The translations under genes were made by a program, and so were the position numbers. Source: Chloropicon primus (Eukaryota). From it: a stretch of 64,000 nucleotides of DNA. Of the stretch, positions 11,884-22,149 are shown piece by piece (position 1 is the stretch's first letter; every line of letters begins with the position of its first letter). The stretch covers positions 372,001 to 436,000 of the forward strand of contig CP060763.1 in the NCBI GenBank assembly GCA_023205875.1, written 5' to 3'. Below the pieces are notes generated by a model. It made no database searches. It had not been told where the DNA came from and saw nothing but the letters and a program-made list of their open reading frames with translations.

Positions 11884-12819
11884 TCAAAGGTCTGGTGCGC
11901 CAGGATCCCGCCTTGGCTTCGTTTTCAGCATAAGGATCTCTCTCATATTTGAGGCGCCATCGTCCACCCGAAAGACGTGGTCAAGATCAAACAACCCTTG
12001 CTCCTTCACAGCTTGTTCGAAGGGTGCCACCCCGCCTCCGACACCAAAGTAGTACACCTTTGCTGCAACTAGGACGACTCCCGTCTTTGGCTTCACACAC
12101 GAGCTCAGAAGATCCAGCAGCGAGGGGATGGACTTTGGCTCATAAATAGTCTCTGCAGCGAGAACCAGGTCGTAGCATTGCTTGCCCAACAAGTCCCTGC
12201 AGCCACTCCAGTCACCGCTTATGTAGGTAGCTGCGCCGTTGGTTTGCTTGCCGTGGTGGCGAGCGTTCTTCTCCACGCAGGGGTACGTCACGGACCGCAG
12301 CACCTCCTTGTTGAAGTCCTGGAACACCACGCTGCTGGCCCCGTGCGCGAGGCACAGTATCCCTGGCAAGCCCTGGCCGCAGCCAAGCTCCAAGACGCTC
12401 TTTCCTTGGAGATCACCGTGCTTCGATCCGTTCCCATCCTTCCCGTCACTTTCCCCCAGGTTGTACAACTGCATCAAGTACTGGCAGAGGTCAACGCTGC
12501 ATTCCCAGACCTTGAAACCACCTTCGTAGCGCCCCGGCACAAGGTCGGTGGACTCGTCTAGACCCTGCACGAGCGTGCTCTGCTCCAGCAGCTTGACAAC
12601 TTTCCACAATCTGATCGAATTTCCAACTTCTTGGATGCCGTACCCCTCATCATTATCGCCGTCCCCGGACCACCCGGACCCCTCTACCTCCACCACCTCG
12701 GCCGGCACCAACTCCTCTCCTTCCCTGGGCCTCTTCGGTGACCTCGAGCAATCCTCGGATTCCTTCGAGGCTTCCGCACCCACGTCAAAATTGAATCGAA
12801 AAGGCGCTTCGTCGTTCAT
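11884..12819 (-). CDS. Histidine protein methyltransferase 1 homolog (HPM1/METTL18-like)
   Basis: DLVPGRYEGGFKVWECSVDL, VLELGCGQGLPG, FQDFN, AAETIYE and AAKVYYFGVGGG. Confidence 0.88.
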   Translation of the reverse strand: MNDEAPFRFNFDVGAEASKESEDCSRSPKRPREGEELVPAEVVEVEGSGWSGDGDNDEGYGIQEVGNSIRLWKVVKLLEQSTLVQGLDESTDLVPGRYEGGFKVWECSVDLCQYLMQLYNLGESDGKDGNGSKHGDLQGKSVLELGCGQGLPGILCLAHGASSVVFQDFNKEVLRSVTYPCVEKNARHHGKQTNGAATYISGDWSGCRDLLGKQCYDLVLAAETIYEPKSIPSLLDLLSSCVKPKTGVVLVAAKVYYFGVGGGVAPFEQAVKEQGLFDLDHVFRVDDGASNMREILMLKTKPRRDPGAPDL

Positions 12820-13205
12820 GTCACCACGTCGTTCTCAGCTTCACAATCGACCCTGGCGATTCTCCCCTCCCCTACTTGCAGCCATAACCCTCTGAGCACC
12901 CTATCACTTCACCCCTTGTGCTCCTGCCCAAAGTCAACAAACCTTCCACAAAGGAAGCGAACCCAAGCAATGCTTACACGGATGGAGAGATCGAGAGACG
13001 ATCTATCGTTTGACGCTGCCTCTCCTTTCCCTCGATGCCTCCACGAACCTCAAACCCTCTTCGGTTGTTGTTTGTTTGTTCCCCTTCCCTTCCCCTGGAG
13101 GCGAAGTCCCCTCACAGTCACAGAAGGGCGCGCGCGAAGTCTGCGACGAGACAAGCGGATGTGAGAGACGAACGTGGAGGAAGAGGAGGAAGGGGACTAA
13201 ACCTA

Positions 13206-13232
13206 TCGAAAGTACGTCTCACGATCTTTCGA
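13206..13232. promoter_or_regulatory. Pseudo-palindromic GAAAG-N13-CTTTC element (representative copy)
   Basis: cgaaagtacgtctcacgatctttcga differs at 1 position from the reverse complement of 40946-40971. Further copies lie at other gene 5' regions. Confidence 0.6.
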
Positions 13233-13378
13233 TCGAGCGGTCGCTTGCCCGGTTTGGCGTCGAGGAAGGGAGCGAGAAGCGAGGTGGAGTTGGATTGAAT
13301 CGAAGGACGGGCGAGGAGCACGTGCATCGCAGAGGAGGAGGAGAGGTCTTTTCCTCGGTCGCTGGTGGTCACGGCTCC

Positions 13379-15184
13379 ATGGCATGCCGTGTCATGAGGA
13401 GAAGTGCGAGGTGTGATCGCCCTCGACATCGTCATCCTGTGGAGTCGAGCGAGGCCAAGGACGGGTTTGGGTTTCCTGAGGAGGACTCCAGGGAATGGGA
13501 ACAGAGGGGGATGGCGGAAGCAGACCTTCTTCTTTCTTCCTCAATGCCCTTGGCCAGCTGTGGGATTGTCCAGCAGGAGTGGAGGGTTTCCGAAGATGAG
13601 ACGAGGGGGTTCGTGAGCGTGGCGGGTACGAAGAGTGGGATGGACGAGGGGGAACAGAGGCAGGACGTGGTTCATCCGTACCACCCACAGCCTGTGCCGC
13701 TGCCAGAATCTTCTCCTGTGCTGGTGGGAGCATGCGGCGAGGCTGTCCAGAGAATCGTTCATGTGCCGCCATCAGCGTCATCACCCGCGCCAGTTTCGAA
13801 CGGGGTTGAGGGTTTGGCAGCGCAGAGAGGGGCAAGGAATAAGACGCTGCCTGCGAAGTTTTTGGACGACGAATGGTCCTCTGGAATACAAGGCAAGACC
13901 GATCGTCCTTGTCCAAAGAAGGAGGGCAAGCTTCCTCCAAGTTATCGAAAGCGGTCCAAGAAAACTGCCCAAGCGAAGGCGAAGAAGACGAAGAAGTTAT
14001 CTCAGCTTACCAGAACCCAATCGCCGATAGGGAAGCGGACGCGGCGGTCGAAGAAGTATACTCGAGAGTCGATAAGTTACGAGTGCCTGAGAGCTTTGTT
14101 CAAGTACCCACTGGAGAGGGCGGCCAAGGAGCTGAACGTCTGTGGAAGGACATTGAGAAGGCGTTGCAAGGATTTTGGGATCGAGAAGTGGCCATACTTT
14201 CAAGTTGCTTCGCGCAAGAGCGTGCTGGAGAGCTTGGCCAGGGAGGCAGCGGGTACAAGCGGAAAGGACACTGACCCTGGTACCTTGGTCACTCTCAGGA
14301 AGTCTGCAGCGGAGAGGAAGCCGTCCTCATCGAAGCGGAAAAGTGCTGCAAAGAAGAAGGTGGGGGCAGAGAAGGGGGCCAAGCAAGCTTTGACAGGCAA
14401 CAAGAAGAAGGTTCTTCGCATCAAACAAGCGACGTGCCGCGGAGAATGCATCGATCTGATGCAGAAGGTTGATGGCCAGCTGATGCAAAAGAAGCAGAAG
14501 AAAAATCTGCTAGAGGAGAAAAAATTGCAGGAAGCAGAAGCGCGGAGAAAGGTGGAGGACGACAGAGTCCAAAAGAACATCGAGGGGATCCTCTGCTCAC
14601 GACTCGAGCCATGGAACAAGGACTGGAAGAATTTGTATTACAACAGAAACTTCCATGTCACGAAAACCAAGATGGCGAAGAGGACTCGAAATGAATGCAG
14701 CGTGGCACCAGAAGAGAAGGTTATGGCGAAGAAGAGCAGAAGGAGCGAAGCGATGGTTCTCAACGACATGGTCAAGATCGGCAAGAGTCCTGTGCACGCT
14801 TGGGGCCTCTTTGCCTCGCGGACCATCAAGGAAGGAACAAAAATCATCGAGTACGTCGGTGAACTCACTCGGGCCTCCTTGGCTGACAAGAGGGAGAATT
14901 TCTACGAAAGGAATGGGATGGACTCGACCTACATGTTTCGAGTCGGTAAGAATCTCATCGATGCGACGCTCAGGGGCGGGCCAGCCAGGTACATCAACCA
15001 CAGCTGCGACCCGAACTGCAGGCCGAGGGAGCTCACGAAGGAGAACAAGATCGTCTTGTTCTCCATCAAAGACATCCAACCGGGGCAGGAGCTCTTCTAC
15101 GATTATAAATTCGACTTTGAGGAGCTGGGCAAGAAGACCCCGTGCCACTGCGGAGCTCCCAACTGCCGGGGGTGGATGAACTAA
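13379..15184 (+). CDS. RWP-RK-like domain + SET/post-SET histone lysine methyltransferase (SET1/Trx-like)
   Basis: ISYECLRALFKYPLERAAKELNVCGRTLRRRCKDFGIEKWPY; SPVHAWGLFA, IEYVGE, ARYINHSCDPNC, ELFYDYKF and CHCGAPNCRGWMN. Start uncertain. Confidence 0.85.
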   Translation: MACRVMRRSARCDRPRHRHPVESSEAKDGFGFPEEDSREWEQRGMAEADLLLSSSMPLASCGIVQQEWRVSEDETRGFVSVAGTKSGMDEGEQRQDVVHPYHPQPVPLPESSPVLVGACGEAVQRIVHVPPSASSPAPVSNGVEGLAAQRGARNKTLPAKFLDDEWSSGIQGKTDRPCPKKEGKLPPSYRKRSKKTAQAKAKKTKKLSQLTRTQSPIGKRTRRSKKYTRESISYECLRALFKYPLERAAKELNVCGRTLRRRCKDFGIEKWPYFQVASRKSVLESLAREAAGTSGKDTDPGTLVTLRKSAAERKPSSSKRKSAAKKKVGAEKGAKQALTGNKKKVLRIKQATCRGECIDLMQKVDGQLMQKKQKKNLLEEKKLQEAEARRKVEDDRVQKNIEGILCSRLEPWNKDWKNLYYNRNFHVTKTKMAKRTRNECSVAPEEKVMAKKSRRSEAMVLNDMVKIGKSPVHAWGLFASRTIKEGTKIIEYVGELTRASLADKRENFYERNGMDSTYMFRVGKNLIDATLRGGPARYINHSCDPNCRPRELTKENKIVLFSIKDIQPGQELFYDYKFDFEELGKKTPCHCGAPNCRGWMN

Positions 15185-15631
15185 TGTGCCATGTGTGTGT
15201 GTTTAAAACTCATTCGATCGACTTCTTCTCCCCTCGCCCTTTCTCCCCCGATGCTCGGACCTTGGATCAATCTCAACTCAAGACTTCTGGAGAGCCAGGG
15301 CTTGGCAGGAAAGAGAGAGAGGCCACCATCAAGTGCTTCCTTGTCCACGATGCACCCCCCACCAGCCCAATGACCATGTATTGTGAAACAATTCCCTCTT
15401 GTCTTCCACCTCCCTCACCAGCCGTTACCCCCTTGGTGTGATTCAAATCTGCTGTACGACAGCACGACGCGTCCCTCGACGAGCGAGAGCGAGAGAGAGA
15501 GCTCAAGATGAAGGAAGAAGGATGCGACGGAGGCTTCTTTGCGAGAAAGATGACAAGGAGGATGGAGCAATAGGTTCGGACATTGTCACCGGCTTGATCG
15601 TCAAGTTTTCTTCGCTTTGAGAGAGGCAAAG

Positions 15632-18600
15632 ATGGAGTTAAAGGCATCTGTCTTGGAGTGGCTGCTTGAGCTCGGAATCCCAGAGGACCAGCTTCCCTTG
15701 GCCTCGTATGTTCCGCAGAGCGCGACGGGAAGCATCGCGATAAGCGAGGAAGCCGAGTCTGCTTTGCTGAATGGCAAGGGAACTTGGGCCATCGTCACGC
15801 ACGTCCTGAAGAGTCGAGGGAAGACCTTGCCTTTCGCGGCCACGGACTCGAATCCTTTGAAACGGGGGAGGACAGCGATAGACAGGTTGCACAACTGGAG
15901 CTTCATCGAGAGGCTGCTGTCGACGGTGGGCATTATCGTGGATCCAGATGCCAAAGCTCTGGCGGTGGCAGGGGATTGCGACGCTGTGGCGAGCATCCTT
16001 GCAGAAATTAGGGACTTTTGCGTGCCGAAGGCGGGGGGAGGAGGAGGAGGTCGTCTCAGCGAGGAAGCAGCCAAGCTGCTGGGGGAGGTCGAGGAAGTGA
16101 CGGTGCCAGGGGAAAGTTACGCCGAGGAGATCGACAGAAAGCAGATTGCCGACGAGGTCAGCCTCGCCGTGGGAGACGTTTCCGCCCCCTCAGATCTTGC
16201 TCTGGACGCCGGCGACGCCGACGACCTGCTTCGGGGTCTGACGACTTCCGTGTCAATGGAAGGGAAGGACATTTACCAGATGCCCAAGGGTCCCGTCCGA
16301 AGCCTCGAGGACAGCGACTCGTGCGCCCAGTTCTTCATCAGGTCCATCTCTCGACACTTTGGCACCGACCACTCGGAGTCCCTGCGGTTCCTGATTGACG
16401 ACTCTGGAATCATCGAGGACTGGATTGTGCGAGGCTACCCCGCAGGGAAGTACGAGCCTGTCATTTCTTGGCTGAACGAGGTCATTGGCAAAGTGACTGA
16501 CTTGTGCTTCCATATTGCAAGCGAGCCCTCCACCCTGTCGGTGTCCCTTTCTCTGATTTCTACGGGAGTCAGATCGAAGAACAGGGAGGTGGCTCTGACC
16601 ACGTGCTTCCTGCTGAAGCAAGCCATTGTGGTGCTCGAAAAGTACTTTTTGTGGAAAGCCTCGAAGAAGTGGCTCACGAGCAGCATAGGCGCTCTCATGC
16701 CAATGGTGCAGCTCATGAATAGGTTCCCCGATGCGGAGGTCTCCCAGTCGATCACCGCCACCGTCCGAGCATTTTACAAGGAGGACTTCCCCCAGGTCTT
16801 TCTTCCTGACATCACAGACGTTTGCAGAGGTTTCAGCGAGAGGGCCGCCTTCTTGAGAGAGATGATGCACGCCATCGCTGCCGACCACAGCGTGGACAGC
16901 AAGATCACAAACGACAGCGTCTCTCTGTTGTTTCAATACTTCATGGAGCAACTGCAACGGGCTCAGAGCGACTTTGAGAAAAACCCTCTCATCGACGCGC
17001 TTACCGTGTGTTGGGAGCACTTTGACATCCATCCAAACGTCGAGATAAGAATCAAAACGATCTTGGGACACATACAAACCCAGTGCAGGTCCCCGTTTGC
17101 GCAAGTGAGGCACAGTTCGATCTCTCACTTGTTCAGCCTGTTCGAGCATCTTTTGAGGAACGGTGAGGATCTGATGTCCACCTGCCAGCAAGCTGTCATG
17201 GCATGCTACGTGGAGAACTACATGGACATCTTCGTGCACCAGGCCATTCTGAAGAACCTGCTCAAGATCTTGGAAAAATACGACTGCGTGCCCTTGAGCT
17301 TGCCCGTCTCCAGGCTCATCAGCAAAATCATGGAGGAAGGAGTGATATCATCGTTGCAGCTGCAAGTGGTGGAAAGCATATCGATTCACCCGAACCTGGG
17401 CATTGGGGATGCCATCTCCTTGTTCAAGCTCATGCTGAATCTGAGCACCTCCCAGGGATCTCACGGGACCACCTGCATGAAGATCGTCGTCGACCTGCTG
17501 GACAGGGTCGGAGAAGAGGAAGAAGCGATCCTTGCGCTGAGGATGTATCAGGAGCGCTTCAGCGGAGTCAGGGTGAAGAGAAAGAGCAAAAAGGCTGACT
17601 TCTTGTCCAGGATAGACATTTTCCTGAAGCAGAGGGAAGACTTTGCTTTTGTATCCAAGAACCTCGATCAGCAATTCCTCGCTACCATAGGAGATGCTCC
17701 AGAGGAAGAAGGAAATCGGGAGGATTACGCCATCGTGAGCAATGACAATGACAAGGAGAACTACATCGCGGCCAATCCTTTGGCGAAGCAACCCAAGAAG
17801 AAGAAGACCCCGGCGGTCACTCCAAGGTACCAGATGGGTCTGAAAGGAGTAGCCAAAGAAAGGAGCGAGACCAAGTACAACGCTAGAGTGGTGGCGAGGC
17901 CCGGCCAGGCCAAGGCTTCTCGTCCTTCTGCGGAGAATCGGGGGGTGGGGGGCAGGAGGCAGCCTAATCACGTGAAAGCGGTGACGAGCGAGCCGAAGAA
18001 GGTGGACCGCCAGAAAGAGAAGAAGCCTGCGAGGAGCAAGGAGGAGGTCATGAGAATGAAGGAACGGCACAGGAAGGAGATCGAGGAGATCAAACTGAGG
18101 AGAGAGAAGAAAGAAGAGGCACTGAAGAAGAAAGAGCAGGAGCGCTTGGAGAAGGAGGAGCAAATGCGGCTCAGGCACATCCAGAAGAGGAACCAGATTG
18201 TCAAAAAGATGTCGGTCCCAAAGGCACCGAAGCACGCTTCGCCGGAGGATTCGGAGATGATAAGCGAGCTCGTGATGGAAGCACTCAAGAGAAGGCTCGA
18301 GGCCAACCCTGACACCCAGATGCCTCCGGGGTACAGCAAGAGCGTGGAACCCACCTTTTACTCGGACTTGATTGATGGGTACAAGGAGCAGAGAGGGGAG
18401 GATTATGCCCAAAATGCTCACATGTGCCTCAGCTTGTTATCCGACATCATGCAAGAGAAGCTCCAGATTCCTGCCCGTGCGAACCTTCTCGGGACCATCG
18501 TGGTCAAGAGGATCCAGGCTGAGGAGACCCCGCATCGCGCGGGTCTCGCGAGGAAGAGGGGCGATGACACGCCAGCCTCGCAACCGCCCGCGAGGGAAAG

Positions 18601-19216
18601 GAATGTCCGGAAGAAGCCACCGAGGGCTGCTCCTCCCTCCACGAAAGCCAAGTCGGCGAGGTATTACAGGAGATCGCCCATGTACCGCCCCGTCCAGGAC
18701 ATGATCGTGGACATGATTCACCAGGCCGTGAAGCGGGTTGCCAGAAAATCAAAGTCCAAGTGGAAGCCCAAGCCCAACCCCGTCATGCGAAGCCAGACCA
18801 GCGCCCAGAGCACGGAGGATCGACTCAAGTACTGGAACATGCGGAAGCAGAAGGAGAACGCCGAGAAGGAGGAGGTCCAGAAGAAGAAATCACTGGCCGA
18901 GAAAGAGGAGCAGGCGAAGCGCAAGGCCCGATCCGATTTCCTGAAGAAGAAGCTGGAAAGACAAAAGCAGGAGAAGGAAGAAAGGGACAAGAGGATGATC
19001 GAAGAAGCGAAGAAGAAGCAGGTCGATCAAGACAGGCAGAAAGCTCTTGCGCAGGAGAAAGAAAAGGCCAGGAGGCTGGCCCAGAAGGAGAAGCTTCAGA
19101 TGTACAAGGAACAAAAAGCGCGGGAGGCCAAGGAGCTGGAAGAGGCGAAGCTCCAAGCAAAGGCGCCAAAAAGTGCGAGAAAGATGAAGAAGAAACCGAC
19201 GCCACAGGAGTCGTGA
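15632..19216 (+). CDS. Large protein: N-terminal CH-like domain, helical-repeat middle and Lys/Glu-rich coiled-coil C-terminus; function unknown
   Basis: 1190+ aa open frame. RLHNWSFIERLLSTVGI resembles the SPEF1/CH_2-type calponin-homology motif. Confidence 0.7.
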   Translation: MELKASVLEWLLELGIPEDQLPLASYVPQSATGSIAISEEAESALLNGKGTWAIVTHVLKSRGKTLPFAATDSNPLKRGRTAIDRLHNWSFIERLLSTVGIIVDPDAKALAVAGDCDAVASILAEIRDFCVPKAGGGGGGRLSEEAAKLLGEVEEVTVPGESYAEEIDRKQIADEVSLAVGDVSAPSDLALDAGDADDLLRGLTTSVSMEGKDIYQMPKGPVRSLEDSDSCAQFFIRSISRHFGTDHSESLRFLIDDSGIIEDWIVRGYPAGKYEPVISWLNEVIGKVTDLCFHIASEPSTLSVSLSLISTGVRSKNREVALTTCFLLKQAIVVLEKYFLWKASKKWLTSSIGALMPMVQLMNRFPDAEVSQSITATVRAFYKEDFPQVFLPDITDVCRGFSERAAFLREMMHAIAADHSVDSKITNDSVSLLFQYFMEQLQRAQSDFEKNPLIDALTVCWEHFDIHPNVEIRIKTILGHIQTQCRSPFAQVRHSSISHLFSLFEHLLRNGEDLMSTCQQAVMACYVENYMDIFVHQAILKNLLKILEKYDCVPLSLPVSRLISKIMEEGVISSLQLQVVESISIHPNLGIGDAISLFKLMLNLSTSQGSHGTTCMKIVVDLLDRVGEEEEAILALRMYQERFSGVRVKRKSKKADFLSRIDIFLKQREDFAFVSKNLDQQFLATIGDAPEEEGNREDYAIVSNDNDKENYIAANPLAKQPKKKKTPAVTPRYQMGLKGVAKERSETKYNARVVARPGQAKASRPSAENRGVGGRRQPNHVKAVTSEPKKVDRQKEKKPARSKEEVMRMKERHRKEIEEIKLRREKKEEALKKKEQERLEKEEQMRLRHIQKRNQIVKKMSVPKAPKHASPEDSEMISELVMEALKRRLEANPDTQMPPGYSKSVEPTFYSDLIDGYKEQRGEDYAQNAHMCLSLLSDIMQEKLQIPARANLLGTIVVKRIQAEETPHRAGLARKRGDDTPASQPPARERNVRKKPPRAAPPSTKAKSARYYRRSPMYRPVQDMIVDMIHQAVKRVARKSKSKWKPKPNPVMRSQTSAQSTEDRLKYWNMRKQKENAEKEEVQKKKSLAEKEEQAKRKARSDFLKKKLERQKQEKEERDKRMIEEAKKKQVDQDRQKALAQEKEKARRLAQKEKLQMYKEQKAREAKELEEAKLQAKAPKSARKMKKKPTPQES

Positions 19217-19529
19217 AGTTACATTAGGCGGCCCAGGGCCTTGTACATTAACCCTATTATACGAAACCTAACGCAACACGCCCGGCCCGGCTTGCAATGT
19301 CACATTATCAACCACCTTAGCCCAGCACACCACCCTCTCTCCTTTGATCTCCAGTGGATGACGCGCTCAAAGGCAGTGTCAGGGAGGGTGAGAGAGCGAG
19401 AGAGAGAGAGAGAGAAGATGGCAACGAATCCCCCCTCCCTTCCCTCCCCTCACCCACCACCATTCACCCCCTCCATCCCGTACCCGCCCGCCATCAGGCC
19501 TGCAACCTCCAAAAAAAGTGATCTGATTG

Positions 19530-20762
19530 ATGGTGGCCATGAGCGAGGAGGGTGACCTCCGTCGGGAGAACGCGAGGCTCCGGTTGGAGCTGGAGTCGGC
19601 GAAGAGAGAGGTCGAGGTCCTCCGGATGGCTTTGGAGGATCACTCGTTCCGCTCGTCGCCGAGCGGAACCTCCTCGGGTCAACAACGCTCACCATCATCA
19701 CAGGATCAGTTGCACCTTCCTCCTGCTGGGGAGAGGGGAACGACGAGTACTGGCGAGGAGGAGGACGCGGGCCGAAGGGCGAAGAAGAAGAAGAAGGTGA
19801 GGGTGGAGATGTGCGAGAACGGACCGGACTTCACTGCGTGCCCTTACGTGTACGTGTCGCTGAAGCTCGCCTACTTGGGCTGGGCCTACCACGGCTTTGC
19901 TCGACTGAAGCACCTGGAGGAGACGGTGGAGGAGAAGTTTTTCAACGCTGTGAAGAGGTCCAGGCTCATCCCGCCACAATGTGACCCGGTGGCCGACCTT
20001 GACTACTCGAGGTGCGGTCGAACGGATAAAGGGGTGAGCGCTTCGGGCCAAGTCATCAGCTTGAAGCTTCGTGGCGCTTCTGGTGGCCAGCCCCCTTTGG
20101 ACTACGTGAACCTCATCAACAGGCACTTGCCGGATGACATCAGGGTGTTGAGGTGCCTTGAGGGGGCCTCGCCGGAATTCAACGCCAGGTTTGACTCCAA
20201 GGGGCGCCACTACAAGTATTTTTTTGTCCAGGACGGCTCCTACGACGTGGAAGCGATGAATGCTGCGGCAGCCTGTTTCCTCGGGGAGCACGACTTTAGG
20301 AACTTTTGCAAGAGGGACGAGAACGCCCAGACTTACTTGAGGAGGATAGACGCTTGTTACATCGAGGACGTCAGTGAAGTATACGACAGTGAAAGTGACG
20401 AAAAGATGTATGCCCTGAACGTGATCGGGTCCGCGTTTTTGTGGCACCAAGTTCGCTGCATGGCGTCCGTTCTCTTTTCGGTGGGGCAGGGGCAACTCGA
20501 GGAGAAGGACATCAGGAGGTATCTCAACCCCGCCGAGCAGCCAAGGAGGCCCAATTACACCATGGCCAAGGAGGAGCCCCTCCTTCTGTATCGCTGCATG
20601 TTCGACGACCTCAAGGAGGACCAACTCGCGTTGTCTGCCCTGGCACGAAAAAGGCTCGAGTCTCACCTCCAGAGTCTCCAGCGCAATCTCAGAATCAGGT
20701 TGCAGCTCGTCAAAGAAATATTCCTCACAAGTAGAGGAGCCTCTGAGTCTGCAAATCAATAA
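19530..20762 (+). CDS. tRNA pseudouridine synthase, TruA family (Pus3/Deg1-like, positions 38/39)
   Basis: LAYLGWAYHGF, YSRCGRTDKGVSA, FNARF, GEHDFRNFCK and SAFLWHQVRCM. Confidence 0.92.
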   Translation: MVAMSEEGDLRRENARLRLELESAKREVEVLRMALEDHSFRSSPSGTSSGQQRSPSSQDQLHLPPAGERGTTSTGEEEDAGRRAKKKKKVRVEMCENGPDFTACPYVYVSLKLAYLGWAYHGFARLKHLEETVEEKFFNAVKRSRLIPPQCDPVADLDYSRCGRTDKGVSASGQVISLKLRGASGGQPPLDYVNLINRHLPDDIRVLRCLEGASPEFNARFDSKGRHYKYFFVQDGSYDVEAMNAAAACFLGEHDFRNFCKRDENAQTYLRRIDACYIEDVSEVYDSESDEKMYALNVIGSAFLWHQVRCMASVLFSVGQGQLEEKDIRRYLNPAEQPRRPNYTMAKEEPLLLYRCMFDDLKEDQLALSALARKRLESHLQSLQRNLRIRLQLVKEIFLTSRGASESANQ

Positions 20763-22149
20763 TACCCCGTGTGCTAATATCCTGTAGACTAGTTTGGGGG
20801 CAGACGTCCTCCCTCCACCTCTGTTCGGACCTCTTCAAGATCTTGTCCGCTTCCTCCTCCCTCCTCGGGATGACTCTGAGGAGCTTCGAGTAGTTGTACT
20901 CGAGCAAAGCGATGCAGGTTGGGTGGCACCCGGACGTCTCCCCGGAAGGGTCGTCGAAGATCGACGACGAGGACGCGCTCAAGAGTTTGCTGGCGGTTCT
21001 GTACAAGCCTTCCGCCAAAGTCAGCCGGTTGAGCTCAAAGTACACTTGGGCCAGCTTCATGATGATCAGCCCCGCCCTCGCATCGCTGTCAGAGAACGTC
21101 TCCCCGTGCTCATTGAGGAGGCCCTCGAGCTTCTTCTCGGCCTCCTCGAGCCTTTTGTCCCGGACGAGGACCTGGGCCGCCCCGAATCGGGAGCTGTGTG
21201 CCACCTCCCTGAGCATGGGAACGGAGCCCCACAACTTGAACGAATCCTCCAGCTTCCCGGCGTCCTCCTCGGCCGCCTCGGCCACGTAATCAAAGTGCGC
21301 CTCGGCTCCCCTCCTGTCGTCGCCGTCCCCGAGGCAGTGCAAGAACAAGGAGTAATTCTTCATGACGTGAAACAGCTTGGCGTCCCGGTCCTTCCACTCC
21401 CTGGTGTCTCTGCCTCCCATGCCCTCGGCTACTTTGTTCCAGCTCTCCAGAGCGAGGTCCCGCGCTCCCAGGGAGTGGTCCAGGAGCCCCTTCATCCCCT
21501 CGTACACGGCAGCCATCCCCCTCTTGCTCTTCTTGCCGATGATGGAGGACTGGAAGTCGTACGCGCTGAAGGAGACGTCTACGTCCGCGTACGTGGACGT
21601 CAGGTCGTTGGCCAAGCCGTCCTTCCCCTGGCTCAGGTAGATCAGCGTGAGAAGGTGGCGCGCGAAGAGGCTTCCCTCGCTCTGAAACTTCGCGTTCAGG
21701 ATCTCATCGTTCTCCATCAGGTGGGACAACGCTTTGTTGCACTCCCTCTCCACCTCCCTCCACTTCCCATCCAAGTACAGGACCTCCGCGGCAGTCAGCG
21801 ACAACCTCACCATTCCCTCCACTTCGTACCCCTTGGAATCCCTCTCCACCATCTGCGCCCCGTGCCTGAGCGTCTCCACCGCAGCGCTTCGGCTCTGGCA
21901 CGTCCTGGCGTACCGTATCAGGTCCTCCGTCATGCTCCCACCGCCGCTGCTGGTGGTGGTGATGCCGCTGCCGCTGGTGGTGGTGGCGGAGGAGAAGCCG
22001 AGGGCGAGAGGGAAGGACGAGGAAAGTGTCGACGTCGTCCCTCCTCCGCAACTGACGACCCTCCATGGCCACCTTCCCCTCGGGAGAGAGAGAGAGCGAG
22101 AGAGCGAGAGAGAGCGAGAGAGAGCTCTCGCCACCATGGTCGACGCCAT
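20725..22149 (-). CDS. TPR-like helical protein, probably mitochondrion-targeted
   Basis: Arg/Ser-rich N-terminus MASTMVARALSR and TPR-like helices (LAQVYFELNRLTLAEGLYR). Confidence 0.65.
   Translation of the reverse strand: MASTMVARALSRSLSLSRSLSLPRGRWPWRVVSCGGGTTSTLSSSFPLALGFSSATTTSGSGITTTSSGGGSMTEDLIRYARTCQSRSAAVETLRHGAQMVERDSKGYEVEGMVRLSLTAAEVLYLDGKWREVERECNKALSHLMENDEILNAKFQSEGSLFARHLLTLIYLSQGKDGLANDLTSTYADVDVSFSAYDFQSSIIGKKSKRGMAAVYEGMKGLLDHSLGARDLALESWNKVAEGMGGRDTREWKDRDAKLFHVMKNYSLFLHCLGDGDDRRGAEAHFDYVAEAAEEDAGKLEDSFKLWGSVPMLREVAHSSRFGAAQVLVRDKRLEEAEKKLEGLLNEHGETFSDSDARAGLIIMKLAQVYFELNRLTLAEGLYRTASKLLSASSSSIFDDPSGETSGCHPTCIALLEYNYSKLLRVIPRREEEADKILKRSEQRWREDVCPQTSLQDISTRGIIDLQTQRLLYL

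Noticed and set aside
10381..12819. HisC adjacent to a histidine methyltransferase as a functional cluster
   Set aside because: Different pathways and compartments (plastid His synthesis vs ribosomal protein methylation); likely coincidence.
22084..22128. (GA)n microsatellite inside the TPR-like CDS
   Set aside because: Encodes a tolerant Ser/Leu/Arg presequence; such tracts are ubiquitous in this window.
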